From Ostreococcus lucimarinus (taxonomy: Eukaryota): a stretch of DNA of 64,000 nt. This document shows positions 48,410-58,365 of this stretch, in pieces. The position numbers and the translations under genes are program-made. The notes below the pieces were generated by a model. The model was not told where the DNA came from, did no database searches, and saw only the letters and a program-made list of their open reading frames with translations. The stretch lies in the NCBI GenBank assembly GCA_000092065.1, contig CP000593.1. One strand, 5' to 3'. Position 1 is the first letter of the stretch. Each line of letters opens with the position of its first letter.

Positions 48410-49207
48410 CTAAAACATGAACCGCTTCTTCGACGACTTACGCCTGACGACGCCGGCGAAATCATCGTCATCGCCATTGCCGCCGACGACATTTTGCGTC
48501 TTCTTCGCCTCCTCTTCCGCCTCTAAACTTTTCGCCATGGCGGTTAACGCGTCCTCCTCTTCATCGCTCTCCGCGCGTCGCTTCCTCCTATTCGCCTGCG
48601 CGCTCCTCGCCTTGGCCTCTGCAGCGCGTTTCTTCGCCGCGTCTTCCCTCTGTTTACGCATCTCATCCGCATACGTCTCCGCATCCACCTTTTCTTGCGC
48701 TTTCGCCCTCGCTCGCATCGCCTCCGGGTCGCGTTTACACTTTTCCTTAAACGCTCGCTCCGCCGCCGCGCGCAGCACCTCCGCCCGTCGCACCGGATCC
48801 TTAAACATCTTCTGCGTCTCCCCGATCGCATCGAAAGCTTTCCTCGCGTCCGCCGCTCTGTTCTTATCCGGGTGCACCCGCAGCGACGCTTTACGAAACG
48901 CTCGGTTCAGCTCCGCGTCGCCGACGTCCCACACCGCCCGTCCCAAGTCATCGCAATCCGGTCGACGCACGTTCAAGCACGCGAAGTAATCCTTCGCCGC
49001 GTGCTTCTCGAGCACGAACGCCACGACGCTCTCGTCGTCCTCGAGCGTCGACGCGCGCTCGCGCTCCAACGGCGTCGGCGTCGGCGTCGCCGCGTCGTCA
49101 TCGGCGGCGGCGGCATCCTCGATGCGACGCCGCACGCGCTCGCGAAACGCGTCGTCGTCCTCGTCGCGCGCGCATCGCGCCGTCATCATCCTATCGAACG
49201 CGTCCAT
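48410..49207 (-). CDS. J-domain (DnaJ-like) protein with a K/E-rich C-terminal tail
   Basis: J-domain DYFACLNV...LNRAFRKASLRVHPDKN with the HPD motif. An ATG at 49207 (MDAFDRMM) is the chosen start. Confidence 0.6.
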   Translation of the reverse strand: MDAFDRMMTARCARDEDDDAFRERVRRRIEDAAAADDDAATPTPTPLERERASTLEDDESVVAFVLEKHAAKDYFACLNVRRPDCDDLGRAVWDVGDAELNRAFRKASLRVHPDKNRAADARKAFDAIGETQKMFKDPVRRAEVLRAAAERAFKEKCKRDPEAMRARAKAQEKVDAETYADEMRKQREDAAKKRAAEAKARSAQANRRKRRAESDEEEDALTAMAKSLEAEEEAKKTQNVVGGNGDDDDFAGVVRRKSSKKRFMF

Positions 49208-49308
49208 GACGCCCCACACGCCGCCGACGCGCGCGCGGCGGCGTGTGGGGCGCGAGGGGAACCAAAGCGGCGATTGTTCGCGAACGGCACACATCGACGC
49301 GCGCCGGC

Positions 49309-51540
49309 ATGCCCGCGCGTCCGTGGCGCCCGGCCGAGCACACACGGCAGCGAGCGATTTTTCACGACCTCGGGAACGCGCCGTATCGCCGACGGGAGTC
49401 GTTCGACGCGGAGAAGTTGGCGGATGAGTTGGCGAATTTGCGTCGGGCGAATCGACATCGGTCGGATGACGACGGCGGCGACGACGGCGGCGGCGACGAT
49501 GGGCTCAAGCGCGAGCGCGCGTTGATGACGAATGAACGCGTGCGAGCGTTGGAGACGCGCGCGAGGGACGCGAGCGAGGTCGCGCGAAGGGAGACGGAAA
49601 AGCGAGAGATGCAGGAGCGGGCGTTGGAGCGCGCGAACGCGAACGCGCGAAGAGGCGAGGTGAGCGAGCGGTTGAAGCGACACGCGGAGCGCGAGGTATT
49701 GGAGTTGACGCGAGAGTTAGAGACGGTGCGGATGAAGGCGGACGAGGAGCGAGACGCGTTGGAGCGGTGCGTGGAAGAGATGAAGGCGACGCACGAGTCG
49801 AGCCTGGCGAAGGCGCAGACGGCGGAGGCACAGGCGGCGGGAGAGGCGAAGGAGTTGCTCGAGGTCAAGGCACGATTGGAGGAGGAGCGCGATGCGACGA
49901 CGAAAAAGAACGCTGCGCTCGAGGGTGAGTTGGCGAGCGTTGGGACGTGTTTGAAAGAGACTGAGGCGTCGTTGAAAGCGGTGAGCGAGGCCAAGGCGAG
50001 CGCGGACGATGAGCTTAGCGAAGCGCGCGAGGAGATGGCGCGCTTGCGAGACGAATTGGAACGAACGGCGGAGTCAAATAGGTCAAACGAGCGGGAACTA
50101 CGTGAGTCGCGACGAAAGGCTGAGGCTTTCGCCGCAGCCGTGCACAGCGCGAGAGGAAACGATAGCGCTGCGCGAGCGATGATGCGTGATAGCGTCCTCA
50201 CGTTCGCTCGATTGGAAGATGCGGCGAACTCTCGGGAGATACAAATTTTGAAGGAGCATCACGCGGCTATAGTCGAACGCATGCAAGAAGAATTCGCCGT
50301 CGCTTTAGCGGATGTCAAAGCGAACACGGGCGCTGTAGCGCACAGTACGGTGGATGAGTCGCAGCGAGTGAAGCGCACCATGAAGGGCATGGAAGAGGAC
50401 GCGCGTGAGGCGGTGTGCAACGCCAGACGCCGGGAAGAAGAAGCAAACGCCGTCGCCGCCAAGCTTCGCGAAGAATTGGTGATGACCAAAGCTAGGTTGA
50501 ACTCGATGATAGAAGCCGGGGAAGGGAAACTGAATCATGCGAGCATTCGAGACGCGCAGGCCTCGCGCTTGGCGGCTGCGCAAGCACAGGCGATATGTCG
50601 CGACTTGCAAGCCGAGCTCGAGGCAGAACATGAATCAGCCGAAGCAGCACGACACGAGGCTTCGGAAACCGCGCACAAGTACTTCGCACTTCGAGACAAG
50701 TACGAGCAACGCGAAGCGCTGGTTAATCATCAAAAAGAAACCATCTCGGCGCTCAAGCGCGATAACGAACGAAGTGGCGGAGAGATCGACGAACTCAAGG
50801 CGCGATGCAAAGAGCTCAAGCTGTGCTTGCGAGACAACGAGATGACGTATTTGAACAGGCAAGATCTCACCGAGGAAGTCGAGCACTTGAATAGGATTAT
50901 CGCCGACGCAAATGTCCGGGATCGCGAACGAGCCATCGAACTTCAGCGCGAACAAGAGCGTGCGGATAATTACGCCGAGCGACTCGAGCGGTGCGAGGCC
51001 AAATTGAACGAAGAAACGAATCGAAGGATTCAAATCGAGCGCACGGCGTGTGATGCCGATAGCACGAAAGTCCGAGCCGATAGCGATGCGCTGCGTGCCG
51101 AGGCGATGACGGCGAGCGCCGTCCTACTCGAAGCCGAGGTTTTACGGCTCGCTCGAATCAACGAGCAAGCCGAAACGCGCGTCGCCGAGCTTGAAGGGCG
51201 CGTCGAACAGCTCATCGAACAAGCCGACGCTCTAGCTTCGTCGCAGAATCCAAATCAAAGCATACGATATCTGGAAAAGCTTCGGGACGAGCGAGAGATG
51301 GCTGAGAAAGACGCCGAAGAGGCGGGTAAAGCCGTGCAAAACATGAAGGCGGCGCTGCAGTTCGTCGTGTGCGCGCGACGAGAAACTCGAGACAAGGTGG
51401 TGCAGTACGCGCGCGAAGCTCGCAAGACTGGTCGAATCTACACCGAAGCGCCGGGCTTGCCTCAGGGCGTGAGCGCCGATATCTGGGCTCGAGTCGTCGA
51501 AACCGTCGCTCGCCTGAATTTAGACGCCGTCGAGTGCTGA
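49309..51540 (+). CDS. Long coiled-coil protein (E/R/A/L-rich heptad repeats), function unknown
   Basis: A continuous ORF of about 740 aa with strong coiled-coil composition. The ATG is at 49309, divergent from the DnaJ-like gene. Confidence 0.4.
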   Translation: MPARPWRPAEHTRQRAIFHDLGNAPYRRRESFDAEKLADELANLRRANRHRSDDDGGDDGGGDDGLKRERALMTNERVRALETRARDASEVARRETEKREMQERALERANANARRGEVSERLKRHAEREVLELTRELETVRMKADEERDALERCVEEMKATHESSLAKAQTAEAQAAGEAKELLEVKARLEEERDATTKKNAALEGELASVGTCLKETEASLKAVSEAKASADDELSEAREEMARLRDELERTAESNRSNERELRESRRKAEAFAAAVHSARGNDSAARAMMRDSVLTFARLEDAANSREIQILKEHHAAIVERMQEEFAVALADVKANTGAVAHSTVDESQRVKRTMKGMEEDAREAVCNARRREEEANAVAAKLREELVMTKARLNSMIEAGEGKLNHASIRDAQASRLAAAQAQAICRDLQAELEAEHESAEAARHEASETAHKYFALRDKYEQREALVNHQKETISALKRDNERSGGEIDELKARCKELKLCLRDNEMTYLNRQDLTEEVEHLNRIIADANVRDRERAIELQREQERADNYAERLERCEAKLNEETNRRIQIERTACDADSTKVRADSDALRAEAMTASAVLLEAEVLRLARINEQAETRVAELEGRVEQLIEQADALASSQNPNQSIRYLEKLRDEREMAEKDAEEAGKAVQNMKAALQFVVCARRETRDKVVQYAREARKTGRIYTEAPGLPQGVSADIWARVVETVARLNLDAVEC

Positions 51541-51564
51541 ATCGTAGAATGTATCTAACGTATA

Positions 51565-52041
51565 TCACAATTCGTTTTCGTTACCTAATTTTTGCTTACA
51601 CGCCGCGTGCCGTTCCCTGTTCCGAGCGCCCAGGCGCCGTCGCGTCGCCTCTCGCTCTCTTTCCGTCATCTCTCTCCAGTTCTCGATGTACTTCGTCGTA
51701 CAATCGTGATTGATCACGACGGGACCAATCAAATCATCGACGGCGACTTTCTCCCCAAATCTAATACGCGTCACCACGTCGTCGTCGTCGCCGCGCGTCG
51801 GCAGCGCGTCGACGGCGCCGTCCCGCTCGCCGTCGAATGCGTCCAGGGACTCACTCGCTCTCCCGACTCGCGCGCTGCGCGCGACGACGACGGCGCAGAG
51901 TGCGATGCCGAAGCGCCTTCTCGACGCGCGGTGCCGTCGCATCGTCATCGCGCGTCGCGCGCGACGGCGCTGACGCCCGCGACGCCTTCGCGCGCCGCGG
52001 TCTGCGGCAGGCGCGCCGCGGCGCGCCGAGCCCATCGACAC
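51565..52041 (-). CDS. Hypothetical small protein (possible signal/TM segment); weak call
   Basis: An ORF with a hydrophobic FGIALCAVVVARSA stretch. There is also an ORF on the opposite strand, and no family was recognised. Confidence 0.25.
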   Translation of the reverse strand: MSMGSARRGAPAADRGARRRRGRQRRRARRAMTMRRHRASRRRFGIALCAVVVARSARVGRASESLDAFDGERDGAVDALPTRGDDDDVVTRIRFGEKVAVDDLIGPVVINHDCTTKYIENWREMTEREREATRRRLGARNRERHAACKQKLGNENEL

Positions 52042-52054
52042 ACGAATCGAGACG

Positions 52055-53065
52055 TCAGCGGCGCTGAGAAATCATCGGTGCGCTTGAACTTTTGCGTGCG
52101 TTGTTCCCGAGATCCTTCTCGATTTCGTACTCGGTGCTGAAGTACTCGCTCGGCGCCGGAAGCGGGAGCGACGCTTCCGCGTCGGCGAGGAGCTTCGGCC
52201 AAAACGTATCTGCGTTCGAGCACCCATTGTCGTAATGCCCGCGGCGATTCTTCTTGAGCATTGAAATTTCGAGTACGCCGTCGACGATGACCCACGTGCT
52301 GAGCTCGGCTTTGATGACGGCGGTGAGATTGCCTTGAACGACGACTTCGTCGCGCACGCGCACGTCGAGTCGCGTCGACGAGAGAAACACTTCCAAATCA
52401 TGTTTCTTCGTTCCGCGCGGAAGCTTCACGAAAACCTCGACGAACGACTGATTTTGTCTCCACTTGTACCGCTCGAGCTCCAAGCCAAGGTTGTCCGGAA
52501 CCTTTATGTCGAGCCACGCGACGTCCTCGGTGTCCTCTCGCGCCGCGAGCATTCGCGCCTCCTCCGCCGCTCGCATCTTTCGCATGTCCTCCGCGTCAAA
52601 GTCCGGCGGCGACGGTTTCGGATTCGCACGTCCGTACAAGTCGTCCTGCGTCACCACGTTACGATCGAGCCGATCGACTTCGTCTGCGTCATCGTTCAAA
52701 AGGCGCGTCGCGTCCCGTCGTCCGTCAGTCCGTCGTTCGCGCGCTCGTCTCCTCTCGTCGCATCGGGCTCGCGTTCGCGCTCGAGTTCGCCGCCCACCAT
52801 CCTTCAACACCGCCTGTTTCCCGTGTTTCCGCATCCACCGCGCGAATTTCGGCTCGTGTCGCTCCACCGCGTCCGCGAAATCATTCCTCCGGCACCACTG
52901 CTTGTGAAACGGCCAGTACGCGCGTTGACATTTGACCGAGCAAAACCACGCGCTTCGGCACCGCGCGCACACCGCGAGCGCGCGATCCGCGGCTCCGCAG
53001 TTTTGACACTCTTCCTTCGCGTCGACGCGCTCTTGATAGTGCGCGGGCGCCGTCACGAGACTCAT
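52055..53065 (-). CDS. MYND zinc-finger + CS (p23/HSP20-like) domain protein
   Basis: N-terminal MYND finger CQNCGAADRALAVCARCRSAWFCSVKCQRAYWPFHKQWC. The C-terminal region YKWRQNQSFVEVFVKLPRGTKKHDLEVFLSSTRLDVRV resembles a CS domain. Confidence 0.55.
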   Translation of the reverse strand: MSLVTAPAHYQERVDAKEECQNCGAADRALAVCARCRSAWFCSVKCQRAYWPFHKQWCRRNDFADAVERHEPKFARWMRKHGKQAVLKDGGRRTRARTRARCDERRRARERRTDGRRDATRLLNDDADEVDRLDRNVVTQDDLYGRANPKPSPPDFDAEDMRKMRAAEEARMLAAREDTEDVAWLDIKVPDNLGLELERYKWRQNQSFVEVFVKLPRGTKKHDLEVFLSSTRLDVRVRDEVVVQGNLTAVIKAELSTWVIVDGVLEISMLKKNRRGHYDNGCSNADTFWPKLLADAEASLPLPAPSEYFSTEYEIEKDLGNNARKSSSAPMISQRR

Positions 53066-53367
53066 CGCGCGCGTTTCTGCGGTGCGATGCGTTTCGCGCG
53101 CGCGCGGGCGTTTTTCGTCGAAACGCCCGCGCCATCAAATCCCATAGTTAACGACTCGCGTTGAGTCGCAACTCGTCGCGCCTGACCCTCGCGGAATCCG
53201 GCCGCCGGCGGCGCCGCATTCTCCGCGCGCGCGACCGCGCGACGCCCGACGCTCGCGCGCGACGCTCGCGCGTCGTCGACGCACACCGCGCGCGCGCGCC
53301 GCGCGTCTCCGAGCGACGCGGCGACGCCGATAACGCGCGAGACGGACGGACGCGACGCGACGCGAGG

Positions 53368-54228
53368 ATGACGTCCGCGCTCGCGCGCGCGACGCTCGCG
53401 CGCGCCGCGGGCTCGCGCGCGCACGGCGCGGCGAAAAAACGCTCGCCCGGGTCGACGCATAAGCCCTCGCAGCGATACGCGCGCGAGCACCCCGAGACGC
53501 GGGTCGAACGCAGGGCGGCGATCACGGAGGTGGTGCGAAAAGCGCGAGGCGGCGGCGCGGCGACGGCGGCGCGAAGAGACGCGCGCGCGAACGCGGCGAA
53601 GAGCCGCGCGGCGACGGCGAGCGCGGGAATGCGGGATTATGAAAACGCGGAGATTGCGCCGGCGCTGCCGTTGGTGGAGGTGCTGGAGCCGGAGACGAAT
53701 AGAAGGTTGTTGTGCACGCTGCGGCGCCGGTTTACGCTCGCGAGCGGGAGCGAGCGGTGCTTGGTGTTGCCGGTGGATACCCCGATCGATGTTTTGCGAG
53801 GCGAGGGATTGGACGAGAGCGAGGATTTGAGTGATATCGGAGACGATGAGCTGTTGCAAATATTACCCGACATGAATCGCGCGCTGGCGATGCGTGGATT
53901 TTTGCTTCAACGAAGCGCGTTTTGCATGACGGTTCGCGGTCCGGTGCGCATGAACGAGGACGACGCGCTCGAGATGGACACCGGCGGCGACGAACCGAAC
54001 GAGGGCGTGGAGGTGTGTACATTTACCAGCGGCACGTCGAGATACCTCGTCTACGCCCCGCTCAATCCGGTGCTCTTGATCACCAACGAAGACCCGGAGA
54101 CGCGTCTCCACGAGGTGTGCTTCGACGACGCCGACGTCGACGAAGCCACGCTCCAGGCCAATCTCGACGCCGAGTACGAGATGTTGAGCGAGCCCGAGGA
54201 CGAGTTATTCGCCGACGTCGCAGATTAG
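53368..54228 (+). CDS. Conserved hypothetical acidic protein (DUF1292/DUF3727-like repeats, plastid-type), tentative
   Basis: Two similar modules (VEVLEPETNRRLLCTLRRRFTLASGSERCLVLPVDTPIDV ... and VCTFTSGTSRYLVYAPLNPVLLITNEDPE) with an acidic tail. The ATG is at 53368. Confidence 0.3.
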   Translation: MTSALARATLARAAGSRAHGAAKKRSPGSTHKPSQRYAREHPETRVERRAAITEVVRKARGGGAATAARRDARANAAKSRAATASAGMRDYENAEIAPALPLVEVLEPETNRRLLCTLRRRFTLASGSERCLVLPVDTPIDVLRGEGLDESEDLSDIGDDELLQILPDMNRALAMRGFLLQRSAFCMTVRGPVRMNEDDALEMDTGGDEPNEGVEVCTFTSGTSRYLVYAPLNPVLLITNEDPETRLHEVCFDDADVDEATLQANLDAEYEMLSEPEDELFADVAD

Positions 54229-54371
54229 CCCCGACGCGTCCACGCTCGTTCGAGCGTTTGTTATACGATATTCCGACCGATTCCGCGCCGACGACCGTCG
54301 TCTCGCTCGCCTTCGCGCGCGCCCGCCGCCGCGTCGTCTTCACTTTCCCGCGCGCGTCGCCGCGCGGCGGC

Positions 54372-55700
54372 ATGCCCTCACCCGCGCCGCCCGCGCCCAA
54401 ATCACCCAAGCGCACCAACGCCACCATCGCGCTCGCCCGCGCGCCGCGCGCGTGCTCGGGCGCGGCGCTCGGGTACTTTTTCATCGCCCTCGTCTGCGTC
54501 ATCTGGATCGCCGCGTCGTTTCTCGTCGCCCGACTCGAGGCGCACGGCCTGTCCCCGGTGCTCCTGAGCTTCATATGCGGCTCGGGGTTCATCATACTCG
54601 TCCCGCTGCGGCTCGGGACGATCGCGCGGGGATGCGCGGCGATGGTGGAGAGCGCGCGAGGCGCGCGCGCGGGACAGCGGGACGCGAGGCGCGGCGCGGG
54701 ACGCGCGAACGCGGACGACGAGGCGGAGCGAGGACACAGCTCGAGCGCGCGCGCGGGCGCGGCGAAGAAAAGAACGCCGGGAGAAGGACACGCGAACGCG
54801 GTGGAATTAGTGCCGCTGGCGACGGCGGGAGGAGAGGGAGAGACGAGAGACGCGGAACGGGGCAAGGCGAACGAGACGGCGGCGAGTCGCGCGAAGAGAC
54901 GCGGCGAGGCGGGTATGTATAGTTTTGAGTATCATCTCAAGGCGGCGTTCGTCGTGGCGCCGATATGGGTGATGGCGCAGTTGGCGTTTGATTATAGCCT
55001 GCTGATGACGACGGTGACGGCGAATTCGATGCTGAGTTCGTCGAGCGCGGTGTTTACGTTCGTCGTGAGCGTGTACATGGGCCTGGATAAGTTTTCGTGG
55101 ATGAAAGTCGCGGCCATCGTGGCGTACGTCATCGGCACCGTGCTCGTGACGTTGGCGGATAGGGACCCGCGGGGGGTGAATTTCGACGAAGCCTCGGCCG
55201 AGGATATGGCGAACAACGCCCTCGGGCAGAACATTCAGTCGCCCGCGCTCGGCAACGTCTTGGCGCTCGCCGCGGCGGGGCTCTACGCGCTGTACACAGC
55301 CACCATGAAGCTTTACTTGAAGGATGACGACAAAACCGACATGACTTTGTTCTTCGCGCTCATGGGGATCTTTAATTTCGTCGGCTACGGCGCGGTGTTG
55401 ATCGTCACTCGCGCCCTAAACGGTTTGCCGAATTTATTCTTCGCCTTCACCGAGCGCGTCTTCTGGCTCGCGTGCGCCAAGGCATTTTTTGACAACGTCC
55501 TCAGCGATTATCTCTGGGCGCGCGCGGTCCTGCTCACGTCTCCCACGGTGGCGTCGATCGGTTTATCGCTTCAGATCCCCCTCGCGGCGACGGTGGAGGT
55601 ATTCATCGGCCAACCCGCGTGGGCGTCGCACTTTCAAAACGCCGCCCTCATGGCGAGCGGAACGCTCTTCGTCATCGCCGGTTTCTTAGGCGTCGCCTGA
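54372..55700 (+). CDS. EamA/DMT-superfamily transporter, SLC35F5 / THI74-like
   Basis: About 10 predicted TM helices, with EamA-like repeats flanking a hydrophilic loop. The ATG at 54372 (MPSPAPPAP) lies in frame within a longer GC-rich ORF. Confidence 0.55.
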   Translation: MPSPAPPAPKSPKRTNATIALARAPRACSGAALGYFFIALVCVIWIAASFLVARLEAHGLSPVLLSFICGSGFIILVPLRLGTIARGCAAMVESARGARAGQRDARRGAGRANADDEAERGHSSSARAGAAKKRTPGEGHANAVELVPLATAGGEGETRDAERGKANETAASRAKRRGEAGMYSFEYHLKAAFVVAPIWVMAQLAFDYSLLMTTVTANSMLSSSSAVFTFVVSVYMGLDKFSWMKVAAIVAYVIGTVLVTLADRDPRGVNFDEASAEDMANNALGQNIQSPALGNVLALAAAGLYALYTATMKLYLKDDDKTDMTLFFALMGIFNFVGYGAVLIVTRALNGLPNLFFAFTERVFWLACAKAFFDNVLSDYLWARAVLLTSPTVASIGLSLQIPLAATVEVFIGQPAWASHFQNAALMASGTLFVIAGFLGVA

Positions 55701-55912
55701 TCACATCGAGCGGCTCGGATGATCGACTTGTGATAATCATTAGAAGTGTAGAAGCTTGATTAGAAGTGTAGAGGCTTTTCGTACGCATTTCGAGCCGGCG
55801 AGTCGGCGAGCCCGTCGACGGCGCCGCCGCGCGCCGCGTTCGCCGTCCCCGCATTCACGCGCGCGGCGTGGCGCACCGCGCGTCCCTCTCCGCGCGCGCG
55901 CGCGCGCCCGCG

Positions 55913-56479
55913 ATGGCAACCGCCAAGTATAAGTGGACGCGCGCCGAAGAGGACGCCCTGCGCGACGGCGTGCGCAAGCACGGCCCCGGAAAGTGGCGCA
56001 CGATCCAAAAAGACCCCGAGCTCGGCGACATCCTGCGCGCGCGCTCCAACGTCGATCTCAAGGATAAATGGCGCAACATGAGAGAGTCCGGCGCGCTGGA
56101 CGCGGCGGACGCGACGGGCGGCGCGGAGGAGGAGCGAGAGGCGTCGGATAGGGAACACGCGGAGGGAGGCGGGAAACGACGACGACGCGACGGAGACGAA
56201 GCGGAGACTTCGAACGCGAAAGGGAAAGAAAACGCCATGGATGCGGTGACGAACGCGTTGTTTAACGAGACGCAGCGAGTGAAGCGAGAGGCGAGCGCGG
56301 CGGAGGCGGAGGCGAGCGCGGCGGAGGCGCACGCGGCGCGGTGCGAACGCGAGGCGTGGGAGGCGGAGAAACTGGCGAGGGAATTGATCGACGAGGCGCA
56401 GCGACAAAAGGTGGGGATTCCCGTGGAAGGGACGGTGGACGTCGCGGACGTCGCGGCGGATTTGCTCGAGGAGGAGTGA
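55913..56479 (+). CDS. Single Myb/SANT (telobox/TRF-type) DNA-binding protein with a C-terminal coiled-coil
   Basis: [50 protein letters not shown] is a TRF/TRB-type Myb repeat. The annotated ORF starts at a GTG; the first ATG is at 55913. Confidence 0.7.
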   Translation: MATAKYKWTRAEEDALRDGVRKHGPGKWRTIQKDPELGDILRARSNVDLKDKWRNMRESGALDAADATGGAEEEREASDREHAEGGGKRRRRDGDEAETSNAKGKENAMDAVTNALFNETQRVKREASAAEAEASAAEAHAARCEREAWEAEKLARELIDEAQRQKVGIPVEGTVDVADVAADLLEEE

Positions 56480-56635
56480 GCGCGGCGCGTCGTCGCGAAC
56501 CGAGTCGCGAAGACAGACGCGTTCGCTACGCTTCGCGAAGACTCGACGTTCGACGTTTGACTACGAACGCATGTTAGATTACCGTATTTTTAGCTAGCGC
56601 AACGACCGACGCTCGCGTCGTCGACGTCGATCGAT

Positions 56636-57109
56636 TCAACCCGGCGGTCGAATCGAGCGATCCAACTTGTCCACGTGCGCGCGCCCCGCCTCGGTGACGC
56701 TAAACGTAAAATTCCCTCTCCCTCGTCGCTTCCCGCCGCCCGAGTCGCGCTCGCCCTCTCCGGGCGGGCTCGTCGACACGCGATCGATCGCCTTCATCTT
56801 ATTCAGCAATCCCTTCATGTGACGCATCGATCGCGTTCCGACGCCGAGCGCCGACGCGCGCTCGAACAGCGCCCTCGTCGTCATCGCCCCCTCATCGCGC
56901 AGGACGCGCAGGAGCCCCGCCATGGGCCCTCTCCCCGCCGCGTAACGATCGATCGGCGCGCGGTCGTCCGACGCGCTCGCCGCGCTGAGGCGCGACGAGG
57001 CGACGGCGAAGCCGCGAGAGGTCTGCGGCGCGGCGACGATTTGAAGCGACGAAGACGCGCGCGCGAACGACGCGCGCGCCAGAGCGACGAGCGAAGACGT
57101 CGAGGGCAT
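56636..57109 (-). CDS. Hypothetical small protein with a mitochondrial-presequence-like N-terminus
   Basis: A 157-aa ORF whose N-terminus is R/S/A-rich and amphipathic. No family was recognised. Confidence 0.3.
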   Translation of the reverse strand: MPSTSSLVALARASFARASSSLQIVAAPQTSRGFAVASSRLSAASASDDRAPIDRYAAGRGPMAGLLRVLRDEGAMTTRALFERASALGVGTRSMRHMKGLLNKMKAIDRVSTSPPGEGERDSGGGKRRGRGNFTFSVTEAGRAHVDKLDRSIRPPG

Positions 57110-57350
57110 CGCGCTCGACCGCTCGGGCGAAGGCGGCGGGAAGCGCGCGCGCGCGAGTGCGGAGGGCCGAGCGCGCGCGCGAGGTTTTGGTCGACGAAGT
57201 CGGGACGCGACGACGACGCGCGACGGTCGTCGCGCGAGGCGAGGCGAGGCGCGGTGCGCGGTGCCGAGACGATGAATTACATAAAAAACACCGAGGTTTC
57301 GTCCGCCCGAAGCGCGCGCGATCGCGACGCGCGCGTGGCGAATGATTCGG

Positions 57351-58166
57351 TCACGCGTTGACGGCGTCGGAGCTCGCGCGAAACTTTTCGGCTCGCCGAC
57401 GCTTCGCGTCTTTGAAACTCTTCGTCGCGCGCGACTGCTCGCCGCGCGCCGCGTACTCTCGACTCCACGCGAACATGTCGTCTCGCACGCCCTCGAACCC
57501 GCCCTCGAGCGCGCTCGCGTTGACGAAGACGATAAAGTCCACGCGCGCCGGCCACGCGTCCTTGTTCGTGCGAAACGCGTGCCGAATCCGTCGCTTTATC
57601 AGATTTCGATCCACCGCGCGCTTCACCTGTTTCTTCGGCACGACGATCCCGATTCGCGTGCACGTCGCCGGTTCGTGATTCGCGTTATCCACCGCGCGAA
57701 TTCGCAGATGCGCACCGTTATACGTCCGCCCCTCTCGCTTGACGCGATCGAAATCCGCGTTCGTCTTCAACCGCTCGCGCGGTCTGAACACCTCCCCCTC
57801 GATCGACTCCGTCCGCGCCGCGCGCGCCGGTTTTCGCCCGCTCATCTCTCCCCAGTTCCCGCCCTTACCGCCCGCGCGCTCCTCCGGTCGTCCGTCCGCG
57901 TCGTTCGCCGTCGACGCCGCCGCCGCGTCGTCGTCGCCCGCCGCGTCGCTCGACGCCGCCCGCGTCGTCGTCGTCGTCGTCCCTCGCCCCGTCCGCGCCG
58001 CGCGCTCGGCGTCGCTCGCCGACGCGCGCGTCGAGAGATCCGCGCGCGTCGTCGCCGGCGCGCGCCACGCGTCGCGCGCGCGCGTCGCGCCGTCGCGCGT
58101 CGTCGCGCGTCGTCCCGCCGCCGCCGCCGTCGTCGTCGCCAGCGCGCGCGCCAGCGCGCGGCGCAT
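57351..58166 (-). CDS. rnpA: Bacterial-type RNase P protein component (RnpA) with a long organelle-targeting N-terminal extension
   Basis: RERLKTNADFDRVKREGRTYNGAHLRIRAV...RIGIVVPKKQVKRAVDRNLIKRRIRHAFR...VDFIVFV matches the RnpA fold and its RNR motif (KxxAVxRNxIKRRxR). The chosen start is the ATG at 58166 (MRRALARALATTTAAAAGRR); the ORF continues upstream to 58502. Confidence 0.75.
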   Translation of the reverse strand: MRRALARALATTTAAAAGRRATTRDGATRARDAWRAPATTRADLSTRASASDAERAARTGRGTTTTTTRAASSDAAGDDDAAAASTANDADGRPEERAGGKGGNWGEMSGRKPARAARTESIEGEVFRPRERLKTNADFDRVKREGRTYNGAHLRIRAVDNANHEPATCTRIGIVVPKKQVKRAVDRNLIKRRIRHAFRTNKDAWPARVDFIVFVNASALEGGFEGVRDDMFAWSREYAARGEQSRATKSFKDAKRRRAEKFRASSDAVNA

Positions 58167-58365
58167 CGCGCGCGCCGGGGCGACGCGGTGCGTCGTCGCG
58201 CGCGCGCGCGGCGGTCGCGGCGCTCCGACGGCGCGCGCGAGCGACGCCGCGCGCGTCGGCATGCGTCGGCGAATGCGGAATCGCGAATCGAACGTCGCAT
58301 TGCGCGCCTCGCGACGCGACGACGCGCGGCGCGCCGGCGTGCGACGCGCGACGTGAACGCGCGGG

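Noticed and set aside
49243-49308. The six-frame track start of the 765-aa coiled-coil ORF at 49243, and several other track ORF starts (for example 22049, 30494, 33439, 38257, 43325, 55868, 16914)
   Set aside because: The codon at these positions is TTG or GTG rather than ATG. They are alternative-start artefacts of the ORF caller. I moved starts to the first plausible ATG, or to a splice acceptor where homology demanded it.
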